From Geosiphon pyriformis uo1 (taxonomy: Eukaryota > Fungi > Glomeromycota): a stretch of DNA of 64,000 nt. Of this stretch, positions 1 to 11,419 are shown in pieces (positions within the stretch are counted from its first letter, which is position 1; every line of letters begins with the position of its first letter). The translations under genes and the position numbers were made by a program. The notes beneath the pieces were generated by a model. It was not told where the DNA came from. It ran no database searches and saw nothing but the letters and a program-made list of their open reading frames with translations. Location: the NCBI GenBank assembly GCA_016748015.1, contig JAAOMT010000512.1:1932893-1996892 (forward strand), given 5' to 3'.

Positions 1-635
1 TTAATTTGTTGTTGTAAATTTTGAAATTGTAAATTGGTTAATTGCCCAATGCTATTAATTGTTATAAGATTCATAGTTGGATCTAATAGTACTTTGTGAC
101 AGTTTTCGAAAGTTTTAAAAATTCTGTAAACAGCTTTTATATGAAGTATATTGTTGGTTTTTTCAATAAAACTTTCCAATTGTTGTATCATTGTTTTGCT
201 GAATACTTTGACTGAATCTTTTGAGTATAATGTTTGTATGTTTAATTGTTTTCCCAATTGGTAATAACAATAATTAATAGGAAGTTTTTCCTTCAGCTGT
301 TCAAATATACTTGGTGTTAATTTTACTATGTTTATTTCTTCTGTTATCAATGTATTATTCAATGCTATTCCTAAATTTTTAATGGTTTTGTTGATAAAGC
401 TATTACTGTTTTTGGCAATAGTAGTATATGGTGCAAAACTAGATTTCTTATTTATTGTAGAATTTGGTATCATTTTTCTTTTATATGATATCTCGGAACT
501 ATTGATTGTAATTTCCAAATCTGAATTTGATTGTTGTAAGCTTCGACATAGTTGTTGGGTTAATTTACTAATGTTTTCTAAAATATATGTCATTGTTTTA
601 ATTCCTGACTGCTTTTTGGGCTCTTTTGCATGCAT
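1..635 (-). CDS. ORF3 of Gypsy A (post-integrase accessory ORF, unknown function; runs off window start)
   Basis: Own translation; absent from the ORF track because it has no stop in the window. Open from ATG 635 (or 593) to position 1: MTYILENISKLTQQLCRSLQQSNSDLEITINSSEISY...NYCYYQLGKQL...KAVYRIFKTFENCHKVLLDPTMNLITINSIGQLTNLQFQ. Aligns along its length with 6907-7455. Confidence 0.75.
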   Translation of the reverse strand, partial: MHAKEPKKQSGIKTMTYILENISKLTQQLCRSLQQSNSDLEITINSSEISYKRKMIPNSTINKKSSFAPYTTIAKNSNSFINKTIKNLGIALNNTLITEEINIVKLTPSIFEQLKEKLPINYCYYQLGKQLNIQTLYSKDSVKVFSKTMIQQLESFIEKTNNILHIKAVYRIFKTFENCHKVLLDPTMNLITINSIGQLTNLQFQNLQQQI

Positions 636-699
636 TTTTATGCCTTGTTAACTGTTTTTTGGTGTAATTTAAGATTAATTATCTTTTTATATAATGTTC

Positions 700-2058
700 A
701 ATTAAAACTACTGGTTTTAAATTTTGCAGAATCTGATCTGGTAATACTAGTGGTATTTGTGTTCCAATTCTAAGTGTTTGTGTTGTTATTACTGGTTTGT
801 TGTAATATAATTTCAGCCAGTTGTCATGTGCTGCTTTTCTTAAAATTTTCTCATCTAGTCTTAACTTGTATGCTCCATTGCCAAGTATTTTATAAATATA
901 GAATAGTCCATCCTACTTGTGGTCAAACTTTCCACTCCATTGCTTTTCTGCTTTGGTATGATGCAACAATACTTTGTCTCCTATTTTATAGCTAATTATA
1001 TTATCTGGTAACTGGTTATCATGTCTCACTTTTTGTTGTGCTTGTAATTGTTCAATATTTTAAGTTGCTTTTCTTTTTTTGTTCTCCAAAATTTCCATTA
1101 ACTCATATGTTCTTCTAAGTATTGTTTCATGAAATGTTGTTTCTGTAATAATTTTATTTGGATAAGTTGGAATAGTAAGTTCAATTGGTAATATGATCTT
1201 TTTTCTATAAACCAATTCAAATGGTGTGAATTGTATAGTATTTTGTTTTAATGTTCTATATGCTAATAAAACTACTGGTATGAACAAATCCCATTCTTTT
1301 TTATGTTCACTGCTGATTTTGGCTAATGCTTCACATAGTGTATGGTTAAACTGTTCAACTAATCCATTTGTTTGGAAGTGGTATAGTAATGATAGTGGTC
1401 ATTTAATTCCAAATCTTTGGCTGAGTTCATTTAGTGTACTGTTTATGAAATGTGTCCCTTGGTCTGACAACAATTCTTGTAGACATCTATGGTAGCAAAT
1501 TAAATCTTCATGTACAAAGTAGGCTACAGATATAGCATCAGCTGTTTGAATGGCTCTAGCTTCTGGCCATTTAGTAAAATAATCTACTGCTATTGCAATA
1601 TAATGATTGTTTTTTGCTGTTATTAGTAATGGTCCAACTAAATCAATTTCAATCCTATCAAATAGTTGTTCAACTTTTATGGGTCTTAGTGGTTCTGTTG
1701 TTTTTGTTCCTCCTCTTTGTTGGCATGGATCACAATTTCTTATGTATTAGATAATATCTGAATGCATTTTTGGCCAATAATAACGACTAGTTATATGTTG
1801 AATAGTTGCTTCTTTTCCAAAGTGGTCTGAATGGATATCCAAGTGCATGTTAAATAAAATAGTTTCTTTTTTATTTTCAGTTATAATTCTCAATGGATTA
1901 TCTGGATTTTGTTGATTCTGATAATAAAGTATGTAGTTTTGAATAAAATAATGTTTTGATAATTTCTGGAACTTAATTAGTTCTTTTATTGGTGTATCTT
2001 TATCTAGCTGTAGTGTTCTCAAGTATTGGCTAAGATTTTTGTGAAGGTAATTGTCCAT
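700..2058 (-). pseudogene. Gypsy A integrase
   Basis: Zn-binding N-terminus (HLDIHSDHFG...YYWPKM), core remnants (LLSDQGTHF, TPFELVY), GPY/F-type C-terminus, no chromodomain; interrupted by stops. Confidence 0.9.
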
Positions 2059-2099
2059 TGTTTATGAATTGGTTGTTGTTTGATGGTTTTTATGTGTGT

Positions 2100-3460
2100 C
2101 TCATTTGTGACAAGCAGTCAGCATTGGCATTTTTGATACCTTCTTTGTATTTGATGATATAATTGTATGGTGCTAATATTTGTAACCATCTGACATATTT
2201 TCCTTTTAGCGCTTTCTTGTTATTTAACCAGACCAAATCTCTATAATCTGTAGTAATATCAAAGGATTTGTACTATAAGTATGTGTTAAAGTGAACACAA
2301 TTCCAGACTACTGCTAAGCATTCAAATTTATATGCTGCATAGTTTTGCTCTGCCGTACTAAGACTTCTGCTGATATAAGTGATTACATGTTCTCTTCCAT
2401 TATCATTTTTTTGTAACAGAATGGCTCCAAGTCCCATTCCAGAGGCATCTGTGGCCAAAATGAATTTTTTGTTAAAATCCAAATAGATCATTATTGGTAA
2501 TTCAATGAGCTTTTGCCTAAGGTACTCAAAAACTTTTTGCTGTGTTTTGGTCTATTCAAATTTCACATTTTTAGATAGTAGATAATTAAGAGATTTGGTG
2601 ATGTTTGAAAAGTTTTCTACAAAGCAGTAGTAGTAAGATGCGAGTCCTAAAAAGCTTTTAACTTTTAAAACATTTTGAGATACTAGAAAATTTTTCACTT
2701 TGTCTATTTTTAATGGATCTGGTTTTATTCCATCTTTTCCAATTATGTGTCCTAGAAATGCTAGCTCATTTTTCCCAAAGAAACATTTTTCTAAATTTAA
2801 TTTAAGTCCAGCATGTCTCAATCTCTCAAAAACTTGTTGTAAATATTGGAGATGATCTGCGAATTTTGGCAAGAAAACATTTGTATTGTCCAAGTAGACA
2901 ACAACAGATTGCCACAAAATTTCAAAGTAAATTACATCCATTAGTCTTTGGAATATTGCAGGAGCATTTGTCAATCCAAATGGCATTACATTGAACTCAT
3001 AATTGCCATTTTGTGTTGTAAATGCTGTTTTATGCCTGTCTTTTGAGTCCATTTCCATTTGCCAGTATTCACTGGTCAAGTCAAGTGTAGAAAACCATTT
3101 TGCTCCTCCAAAAACAACAAAGATTTTGTCAATTAATGGTATTGGATATGAGTTTTTGGTTGTTTTGCTGTTTAGTTTGCAATAGTCGATGCAAAATCTA
3201 ATTTTTCCGTTCTTTTTTTCTTACTAAAACAACTGGTGAGGACCATAGACTCATTGATGGTTGAATTATTCCTTTTTTCAACATGCTTTGGACTTCTTCT
3301 CTAATAAAATTATGCTTCATTGGTGGGACACGGTAAGTGCATTGTTTTTCAGATCTGGCATCTCCAGTGGGAATTTGGTGTTGAACCAAGTTGGTTGTTC
3401 CAAATTCGCCATTTCATGAAAATATATCAGAGTATTTTAAAATTAATGCTTTTAATTATC
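2100..3460 (-). pseudogene. Gypsy A reverse transcriptase and RNase H
   Basis: SLWSSPVVLVRKK, KTAFTTQNGNYEFNVMPFGLTNAPA, VVVYLDN, FLGHII, SFLGLASYY, FILATDASGMGLGAIL, EQNY. Confidence 0.95.
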
Positions 3461-3919
3461 ACTGTTGGTCTGGATCTATTGTTCCAATGTTTAATTTGGC
3501 CAATTCTTCTGGCGTAAATTGATAGCATTCCAATGGTTGTTGCCAATTTATTGAAGTGAGTTCACAGTAAAGGGCAATTTTTAGGAAATTTAGAATTTCT
3601 TGTAATGTTGATGCGTTTTCTAGTTCTGTTCTAAGGTATCCCATGATGGTGTTTTCTGGAATATATATAAGCTCTTCTGTGGTATTCGTGATAGGAATTT
3701 TTATCTATTGTGTTTTGTCAGCTGGAATAAAAAGATTAGTAAGTCCTATTTGAAACTGTTGGCAAGTTTTTGGGTGGGGCTCAAATATTAGATTTATATT
3801 TTTTATTGTCCTTTTTATTTTAATTTTTGATTTTCCATAAGGTGTGAGCATGCTTGACCACTCAGTTTTAATTAATTTGCCTTTTTCTTCTATTGTTTTA
3901 GTGAAATTTGCTTTAATTC

Positions 3920-4320
3920 CTTTTCCTGTCAATCTGAAACCAAAAATTTTTCTCATTGTTTGTATCAATTCCTCACAATTTTCCACTGGCACGAATTTCT
4001 CAATTTTTACCAATAGTAGAAAAATTGCTTGTGCAATCTTCTTCTTAGATTTAATAGTATAAAATTTTTCTGAATTGTTTTGTAACAAAACCATCAAATT
4101 TTCAGTGTAGCCGGAGTCAATTACTCCTCCTTAAATGCTTATTTCTTTTTTTGCAAGACTTGATTGTGACGCTATTTGGACCATTATTCCTGGCGGAATT
4201 TTAACCACTATTTTTAGGTCGATTTTAGTAATACTTCTGGGTGGCAACATTGTGGATTGGTTTTCCAGATACTGTAGATTAAATCCAGCATCAATTGAAT
4301 GGGCTCTTTCAGGTACTATT
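3920..4320 (-). pseudogene. dut: Gypsy A dUTPase domain
   Basis: PERAHSIDAGFNL, ASQSSLAKK, GGVIDSGYTEN, KIAQAIF, RKIFGFRLTG correspond to decayed trimeric-dUTPase motifs 1-5. Confidence 0.9.
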
Positions 4321-4479
4321 CCTAAATGCCCATTGTCATAGTACTGGATGCTGATCTCCTGATCTAGATTGGTATAAGCTAAAATATTTTCTGACTCAGG
4401 ACCATCAGGTGAGTTTTGTTGATTTATTGATTGATTTTGGTACTGCTAATTCTCAATTTCCATTTTTCTTTCTAAGTTT

Positions 4480-5100
4480 CTTTTGTATTAACACTCTTCA
4501 CATCATTGACTTTGACATGGGATAAGACAGTTTTTGCAAAAATAAGTGTTGATCTGGGCAAGATATTGTTCTTGTTCTTGGCGAGTAGGGCATAGCTGTT
4601 GGTAGTTTTCCTGGAATTTGTCTACTGAGTCAAACATGTTGTAGTTGGCGACTTCGTTGGCTATTTCAGCTGACACTTTCCAATGTCGTATTTCTTCAGC
4701 AGTTTTTCCTCTTACTTTGGCTTGTGTGATGTTATATAACTTATCCTCATCATGTGAGTAGTGCTGCAGTTTTCTTAATGCTCTGTTGAACACTGCTTTA
4801 AATGGCATTCCTCTTCTTACCCAGTCATAGATGAGGATCATGTATTGGCAAGTTGTGTTATATGTTCCTCCTCTGCCTGGTATGTTGTTCCAGTCACACT
4901 CTCTTGGTAATAATTCTCCACAAGCAAGGCACAGTTTCTCATCCTATTTTCTGTGTCTTTCTGGATAACCGTATTTTTTTTTGTTATAATAGTTACAATA
5001 GTAGTGGATGGAATTTCTTGAGTCTTTGTCTGGTGTGCTGTATACAGTCATAGATAAGAGTTTTTTCTTGCAAACTGAGCATTTTAGCTTTGGTCTGTAT
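4480..5100 (-). pseudogene. Gypsy A Cys-rich inserted domain between protease and dUTPase
   Basis: LKCSVCKKKLLSM...HYYCNYY...CLACGELLP...TCQY...FCKNCLIPC; homologous to 11420-12080. Confidence 0.7.
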
Positions 5101-5329
5101 TGCTGGTGGTTTTTTTGTAGACTTACTTGGTTTCATTCAGATCTTTCTTTACTGGTCCATATTGGTATGGCTGGTAGTCCTGTTCTTTGGTCATCAGCCC
5201 AAGAGAGCTGATAGATTTTAATGGCTGGTAGTGCTGGATTTTCCTTAAATTTAAAGGTAGGTTTTTGGTTGGTGCTGGGTTTTTGAAAGTGGCCACAGGT
5301 GGCTGGAATTCTGGCCTAGTGGCCATTAT

Positions 5330-5700
5330 AATTGATCAGAAGCTCTTGGGTGGTCCAGTCTAGAGTGGCATTGGCTTTTGTTAGCCAGTCATTCTCTACT
5401 AATGCTTGATATTGTGTAGCATCCCATTACTAATACTTTTGTAGGTATTATTATGCCATTAATTTCAAAAGGAAATGTGTTGGTTTTGCCATGAGGCAGC
5501 TTAGTACTTCCATTGGCTGTTATAATTTGGAACATTGTGGCGTAATCAACTTTGAAATCCAGTTGGTTTACTAGTTGAAGCATCACAATGCTTCTGGTGG
5601 ATCCACTGTCTAAGATAAGTTTAATTGGCGTGTTGTTTACTTTTGCTTCCATGTACATAGTAGTAATTGGGCATTCCTTGTCTAATGCTGCCCCACTAAA
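5330..5700 (-). pseudogene. Gypsy A aspartic protease
   Basis: TTMYMEAKVNNTPIKLILDSGSTRSI...IITANG...IPTKVLV; DSG catalytic motif of retropepsins. Confidence 0.9.
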
Positions 5701-5828
5701 CATAGCCTCTTTTTCCTTTAATTCAAAAGGAAAAATAGCTGCAAGGCTGCTATCTTCCGTGACAATGGCTGGTAGTATTGTTTGGATCAAGTTCTGGCTA
5801 TTGGTGGTATTTTTGGTTCCAAGTACGT

Positions 5829-6809
5829 TGTTACTGGAGGTTTTTGGTCTCTTTTTTTGAATGTTGTAACTGTCTGTTGGTTGCAAATTCACGTTTTCTA
5901 GAAGTAGTTGAATCTTCAATAACTGAATTTATCTTCAAATTATCTCTTATAATTTGAACTGCTGGGCTTATAAGTGGAATGACCAATTTCTTGCCAGTTA
6001 CTTTATATAGTTACATTGTAGTAAATATCAACTTTTTCCTAGGAATTGCTCATCTGAAAGCTCACTAAAAATGTGTAGTTACTTTGCTATGAAAGTCAAT
6101 TCTTTTACAGGAATCTCATCTGTAGACTACCCTAATAATTGTAATAAGAAAATAAAAGAAAAATAAAAGAAATGTAAAAGAAATAGAATTCTCTTAAGAA
6201 AAACATTTTCTATCCAGGCCTGGAGTCACTAACAGTTTACTGAAATTGGTAGCTAATCAATTTTAAAACATTAGTTGGGTTTTGGGGATTTTCCAAGTGC
6301 AATAATTAAAGAATTTGGTTTTTCAAATTTATTTGATATTTATTTTTTTTTGTGTGTGTAAAAATAATTTTAATTGTTAAATCTGAAGTAAGATACATTT
6401 TCTCAAAAAGAGAAGCTCTTCTTTTATACAACTTGTCATAATACTATTTTATGAACTTGAACTTTGCTCTTTTTCTACAATTTTGCTGAACTAAAGATAT
6501 ATTTTGGCGAACTACAAATTATTTTTGCGAATTATTAGATATTTCAGTGAACTATTAATTATTTTGGCAAATTTCTACAAATTTCAGTGAACTTTTGAAT
6601 GTTACATATTTCGGGGTATTGCATAATTGATCATTGCACTTAGGTTACATTTGTGTTACATACAAATTGGGTTATTAATTAAATGATAATTTCGGACATT
6701 TTGCTAATGTAATAAGTGATAATTTGAAACGATAATATATGCTAAATAATGATAAGATTTATAAGGGTAATTTTATGCTAAACAATATTTCTAATTTTGT
6801 CTGGTAATA
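5829..6809 (-). repeat. 3' LTR of Gypsy B
   Basis: TGTTACTGGA...TCTGGTAATA on the + strand (terminal inverted repeat); colinear with 14710-15667; TGTATAAAAG TATA-like box on the - strand at 6421-6430. Confidence 0.97.
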
Positions 6810-6824
6810 TAACCTCCTCCTCAA
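6810..6824 (-). promoter_or_regulatory. Polypurine tract of Gypsy B
   Basis: GAGGAGGAGGTTA on the - strand immediately before the 3' LTR. Confidence 0.85.
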
Positions 6825-6906
6825 GACTGAGCTCCATCGAAGTCCAAGTACTGTTTGTAATTTCCAGATAATAATCCAAAATTATTGAAGAAATTTGGTC
6901 TGAAAA

Positions 6907-7455
6907 TTATTGAAATTTCAGTTCTGTGAGCTTTCCAATGTATTGAATCTTCAAAGGTTGTAAAATTGGGTTTTGTAGAACGTTTTCACAGATGTGGAAT
7001 AGGTCATAAAGTCTAAGAGCAGTTCTTAGTTTATAATGACTGTTTGTAGGTCCAGCTGTTATCTTGAATTTGTTGTGGAGTTGTTTCCGAATAGCTTCTT
7101 TTGTGAGGTTTGCTACTGTAAGCTCTAGTTTTTGCTCATGAAGTGCTTTTTCAATATAGAAATATCTATATATTGAGAGGTATTTGCCATTTTCTTCATT
7201 AAGACACAGTTGAAGTTTTTGTTGAATAGTAGTATTTGGTGGAATACTAATAGGGGTGAGCAATAAGTTTTCTCTTAAAGCAAGCTTTAAAAGATCTGGT
7301 AAATGAATTCCAGAATAACTTCTTGTGTTCTTCCTATAAGGGTGATACTTTTGTGAATTTGGGGCTAGATTTGTAACTATTTCTGTTTGGTTATAATTAA
7401 TATGTTTTTCAGTGATAGTAATAGATAATTCGGGTATTGTTTTTAAAGCTAACAT
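6907..7455 (-). CDS. ORF3 of Gypsy B (env-position accessory ORF, not env-like)
   Basis: 182-aa uninterrupted ORF between IN and the PPT, same sense as pol, homologous to ORF3 of A and C. No evident signal peptide or TM helix. Confidence 0.8.
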   Translation of the reverse strand: MLALKTIPELSITITEKHINYNQTEIVTNLAPNSQKYHPYRKNTRSYSGIHLPDLLKLALRENLLLTPISIPPNTTIQQKLQLCLNEENGKYLSIYRYFYIEKALHEQKLELTVANLTKEAIRKQLHNKFKITAGPTNSHYKLRTALRLYDLFHICENVLQNPILQPLKIQYIGKLTELKFQ

Positions 7456-7629
7456 TAGTTTTTGGAATAATTGTTGAATGTTTTGAGGAATAGTTATTAT
7501 AAGAGATTTGAAAATAAAAGAAAATTATTTTTGGTGTATGGGTTTTTATGTTATTTTTGTTTTGTTTTTGTAAGATTGTTTCTAAATTATAAGAAGATAA
7601 CTATAATAATAAATTTAAATTAAGTGTTC

Positions 7630-9005
7630 AAGTTGGGAGGTTGTTCAATGACAACTATTGGTTCTAAATTTTAGGGAATGTCTTCAGGATTGATTAAAGA
7701 AGAATGTATACCAATTTGTGAAATTAATGGTTCAGAATTGTTTCTGGAATTATAGTGTTTCAAACAATCTCTATGTGCAACTTTTGCTAGAATTTTGTTA
7801 TCAAGTCTTAGCTTGTATGATCTGTTGCCTAAAACTTCATAGATAAAGAATAGTCCATCCCATTTATTCTTAAATTTTTCATTCCATTGTTTTTCAGCTT
7901 TAGTTCTGTATAAGAGAACTTTGTTTCCAATTTTAAATTCATTGGTGACTGGAGGCAATTTGTCATCATGCCATTCTTTTTGTTGAGCTTGGGAGTGTTC
8001 AATATAGGTGGCTGCTATTCGTCATTTTCCTTCCAATATGCTAAGCAGAGTGTAGGCTCTTCACTAAAGCATTTCCTGGAAATTGTTTTCATCGATTGGT
8101 TGTGCTGGGTATGTTTCCACTGTAAAACTAATTGGTAATGTTGTTGTCCTTCCATAAGTTAAATCAAATAGTGTGTGTTTTGTGGTATCTTGTTTTAGTG
8201 TCCTATATGCTAATAACATTGATGGAATAAAGAGATTTCATTCTTGCTCAAAATCAGTTGAAACTTTGGCTAATGATTTACACAATGTTTTGTTGAAATG
8301 TTCTACAAATTTATTGATTTGTGGATAGTAGGGCAAAGATAATGGTCTCTTGACATTAAATCGTCCATAAATTTTTTGTATCAGATTGTTCACAAAGTGT
8401 GTCCCCTGATCAGATAAAAGTTCAATTGAACATTTGTGTCTACAAATGATGTCTTCATAGATAAAATTTGCTACTGATTTCATATCTGCTTGTTGAATGG
8501 CTCTCGCTTCAGGCCATTTGGTAAGATAGTCTACAGCTACTGCAATATAACAGTTTTTTTGGTTTGTAATAAGGAGTGGTCTGACTAAATTGATACCAAC
8601 TCGGTCAAAAAGCTGTCCAACTTTGATTGGGTTTAATGGTTCAGTAGGGCGTGTTCTTCCTCTTCTTTGACAACTATCACAAGATTTGACATATTCGTGA
8701 ATGTTTTTTCTCATTTGAGGCCAAAAGTAGTATTCTAGTGTTCTTTGGGTGGTGCTGTCTTTTCCGAAGTGTGCTGATGAAGGATCTGAATGTATGTTGT
8801 ATAATATAGTCTCTTTTTCCTGTTCTTGTATTAATCTGAATGGTTTGTCTGGGTTTTTGAAATTTCAATGATAAATAATGTTGTTGTGTAGAAAATATTG
8901 TTTGGCTTGTTGTTGTAGTCGATGTTTTTCATCTAAAGACCAATCTGTTGGGATTGTTAATGTTTTCAAATATTGTTTGAGATTGTTGTAGTTTTCTGAA
9001 TTCAT
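7630..9005 (-). pseudogene. Gypsy B integrase
   Basis: YVKSCDSCQRRG, VAVDYLTKWPEARAI, LLSDQGTHF, YYPQINKFVE, KWDGLFFIYEVLGNRSYKL; no chromodomain. Confidence 0.95.
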
Positions 9006-9059
9006 TGTTTGTTGGCTGTTTTGGTTGGTTAAGTTGAGTGTTGTTGTTTTTTTTTCTAA

Positions 9060-10400
9060 TCTTGTCTCATTCTGGAGAGACAGTCAACATTGGGATGGAG
9101 TTTTCCTGGTTTGTGATGTACTATGTATTGATAGTTTGCTAGAAATCCTGTCTATCGGATTTGTTTTGCATTTAGCTGAGTATTTTTGTTCTGAAGCCAT
9201 TTGAGTCCAATATTATCAGTAATAATATCGAATTCCTTTGGCCGAAGATAAATATTGAAATGATGTAGGGCCCAAATTACAGCTGTTGTTTCCAATTTAG
9301 TGGCAGGATAATTTTTCTCAGCTGGTTTTAATGTTCTGCTAACATAGGCAATTACTCACTCATTTCCATTGTTATCCAATTGTGATAGGATAACACCAAA
9401 GGCAGTATAAGAGGCATCTGTTGCTAATTGGAATCAGTTGCTGAAATCTGAGTAGGCGAGAATTGAAGCTGTCATTAGTTTTTTTTTGAGGATTTCAAAT
9501 GCATTTTGGCATTCAACAGTCTATTTGTATTTGACGTTTTTGGTGGTAAGCTGGTTGAGAGGTTTTGTGATTTCTGAGAATTCTTTGATAAACTTTCGAT
9601 AGTAGGAGGCTAACTCTATGAATTTTTTTAGTTCTGTAGTGTTTCGAGGAGTTTTGAAGTTTTTGACAACACTGATTTTTCCAGGATCTGGTTTGATTTT
9701 ATCTTTACTAACAATATGACCAAGGAAGGTCAAGCTTGTTTTTCCAAAGTAGCATTTGTCAATATTGAGTTTTAGTCCTGCTTTTCATAATTGTTGAAAA
9801 ACTTCTCGCAGGTGTTTTAAGTGTAATTCGAATGATAGAGAATAAACATCAATATTGTCAAGATAAACAACTACTGACTTCCAAAGGAGTCCTTGGTACA
9901 CAACATCCATTAATCTCTGAAACATTGCTGGTGCATTGCATAATCCGAAAGGCATTATATTGAACTCATAATTTTTATCTTGGGTGGTGAATGCTGTTTT
10001 ATCTTTGGGATCCATAACAACTTGTCAATAACTGCTTTCTAAATCTAGTGTTGAAAAGTATTTGGATTTTCCAAGGGCATCTAACATGTCATCAATTTGA
10101 AAAAGGGGGTAGGCATCTCCAATTGTAACACTGTTGAGTTGTCAATAGTCAACACAAAATTGTATCTTTCCATTTTTCTTTTTAACTAGCACTACAGGTG
10201 AAGCCCAAGGACTCATGGAGGGTTGGATGAGTTCATTGTTAAGCATTCATTGTACTTCTTCTCGGATGAATTGGTGGCTTTCTGGAGCAACTCAATATGC
10301 TTATTGTCTTCTTGGTTTGGCATCTCCTGTATAAATTTGGTGTTGGACCAAATTGGTTCTTCCTAAGTCATTGTTGTTTTCAGCAAAGATATCAGCAAAT
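9060..10400 (-). pseudogene. Gypsy B reverse transcriptase and RNase H
   Basis: KTAFTTQDKNYEFNIMPFGLCNAPAMFQRLMD, VVVYLDN, TFLGHIVS, ASYYRKFI, LATDASY. Confidence 0.95.
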
Positions 10401-10889
10401 TCTGCAATTAGCTCTTTGAGCTGGCTCCATTGTTGTGGTTCAAGTTGTCCCATGTTGATTCGAGATAGTTTTTCCATGACAACATAGTAGTTTTCAGAAC
10501 TAGGGTTTGGGTTGATTTTTGGTAGTGAATGTCCAATGATTTCCAAAAAATTGGAAACTGTTTGGGGTAGTTCTTGTTGAAAGATGTTACTGTGAATGAC
10601 TCCAATTTCTAAGTTATTTAATAGAATTATGAGGTAATTGTTGAGATTGTAAAAAGTAACTTGGACTTTCTTTGTTCCTTCTGGAATATAAATGTTTGGG
10701 ATCAAAATATTATGTTCCAAGCAGACTTGTTCATTGAACTCAAAAATTTGTTGTGTGGTTGTTGGCTTTGGGCAGATGTAGATTTCCGGATGTTCTCCAA
10801 AGGGTGAAATGATAATTGGTTGTGGAAGTCTGAGAATCTGGTGGGATTCGTTCTGTGTGTTAAGAGCTATATTAACTGGAACTGTAAAT

Positions 10890-11290
10890 CGTCCAGTTGA
10901 ACCAAAACCTTGGGTTCCTCTATTGCTTTTTCCTAATTGTTCTCTTTGATTGACTAGTTGCAAACCCGAAATGTTGATTAGAGGTAGGTAAATAGCTTGG
11001 GCAATTTTTTCAGCATGGTCGATCTTGAATGGTTTGTCGGTTTCATTTTGAAGCATCACTGTAATGTCTCCAGTATATCCAGCATCAATTATTTCTCCTC
11101 TGACATTGATTCCTTTGCTTGCCAGAGAGGACTGGAAGGCAATTTGAACCATTGCTCCTGACAGGATTTCAAGTGCAATTTTAAGATTGATTTTGTGAGC
11201 GATTTGGGTTTAAGAACAAAAGTATTCTTGTTTGGATATCTTAAGTCATATCCAGCATCAATTTTATGTGCTTTTTTGGGTTTTATTTCT
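10890..11290 (-). pseudogene. dut: Gypsy B dUTPase domain
   Basis: AHKIDAGYDLRYP (motif 1), QSSLASKG (2), IIDAGYTGDI (3), EKIAQAI (4), RGTQGFGSTG (5); one frameshift between motifs 1 and 2. Confidence 0.95.
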
Positions 11291-11419
11291 TGTCCGTTGT
11301 TGTTAAAGTATTTGAGTTGTAAGATAGGCTGACTTTCGATAAGATAGATGGGTGTTGTTTTAATTTTTTCTGTTGCTTCAGGTTCTCCAAATTCAATTTC
11401 GTTTTCATTGTTTTCACTG

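Noticed and set aside
6907-7455. ORF3 as a retroviral env gene
   Set aside because: Short, with no signal peptide, TM anchor or fusion-peptide pattern.
7630-7760. Chromodomain at the integrase C-terminus
   Set aside because: No chromodomain motif is visible in A or B.
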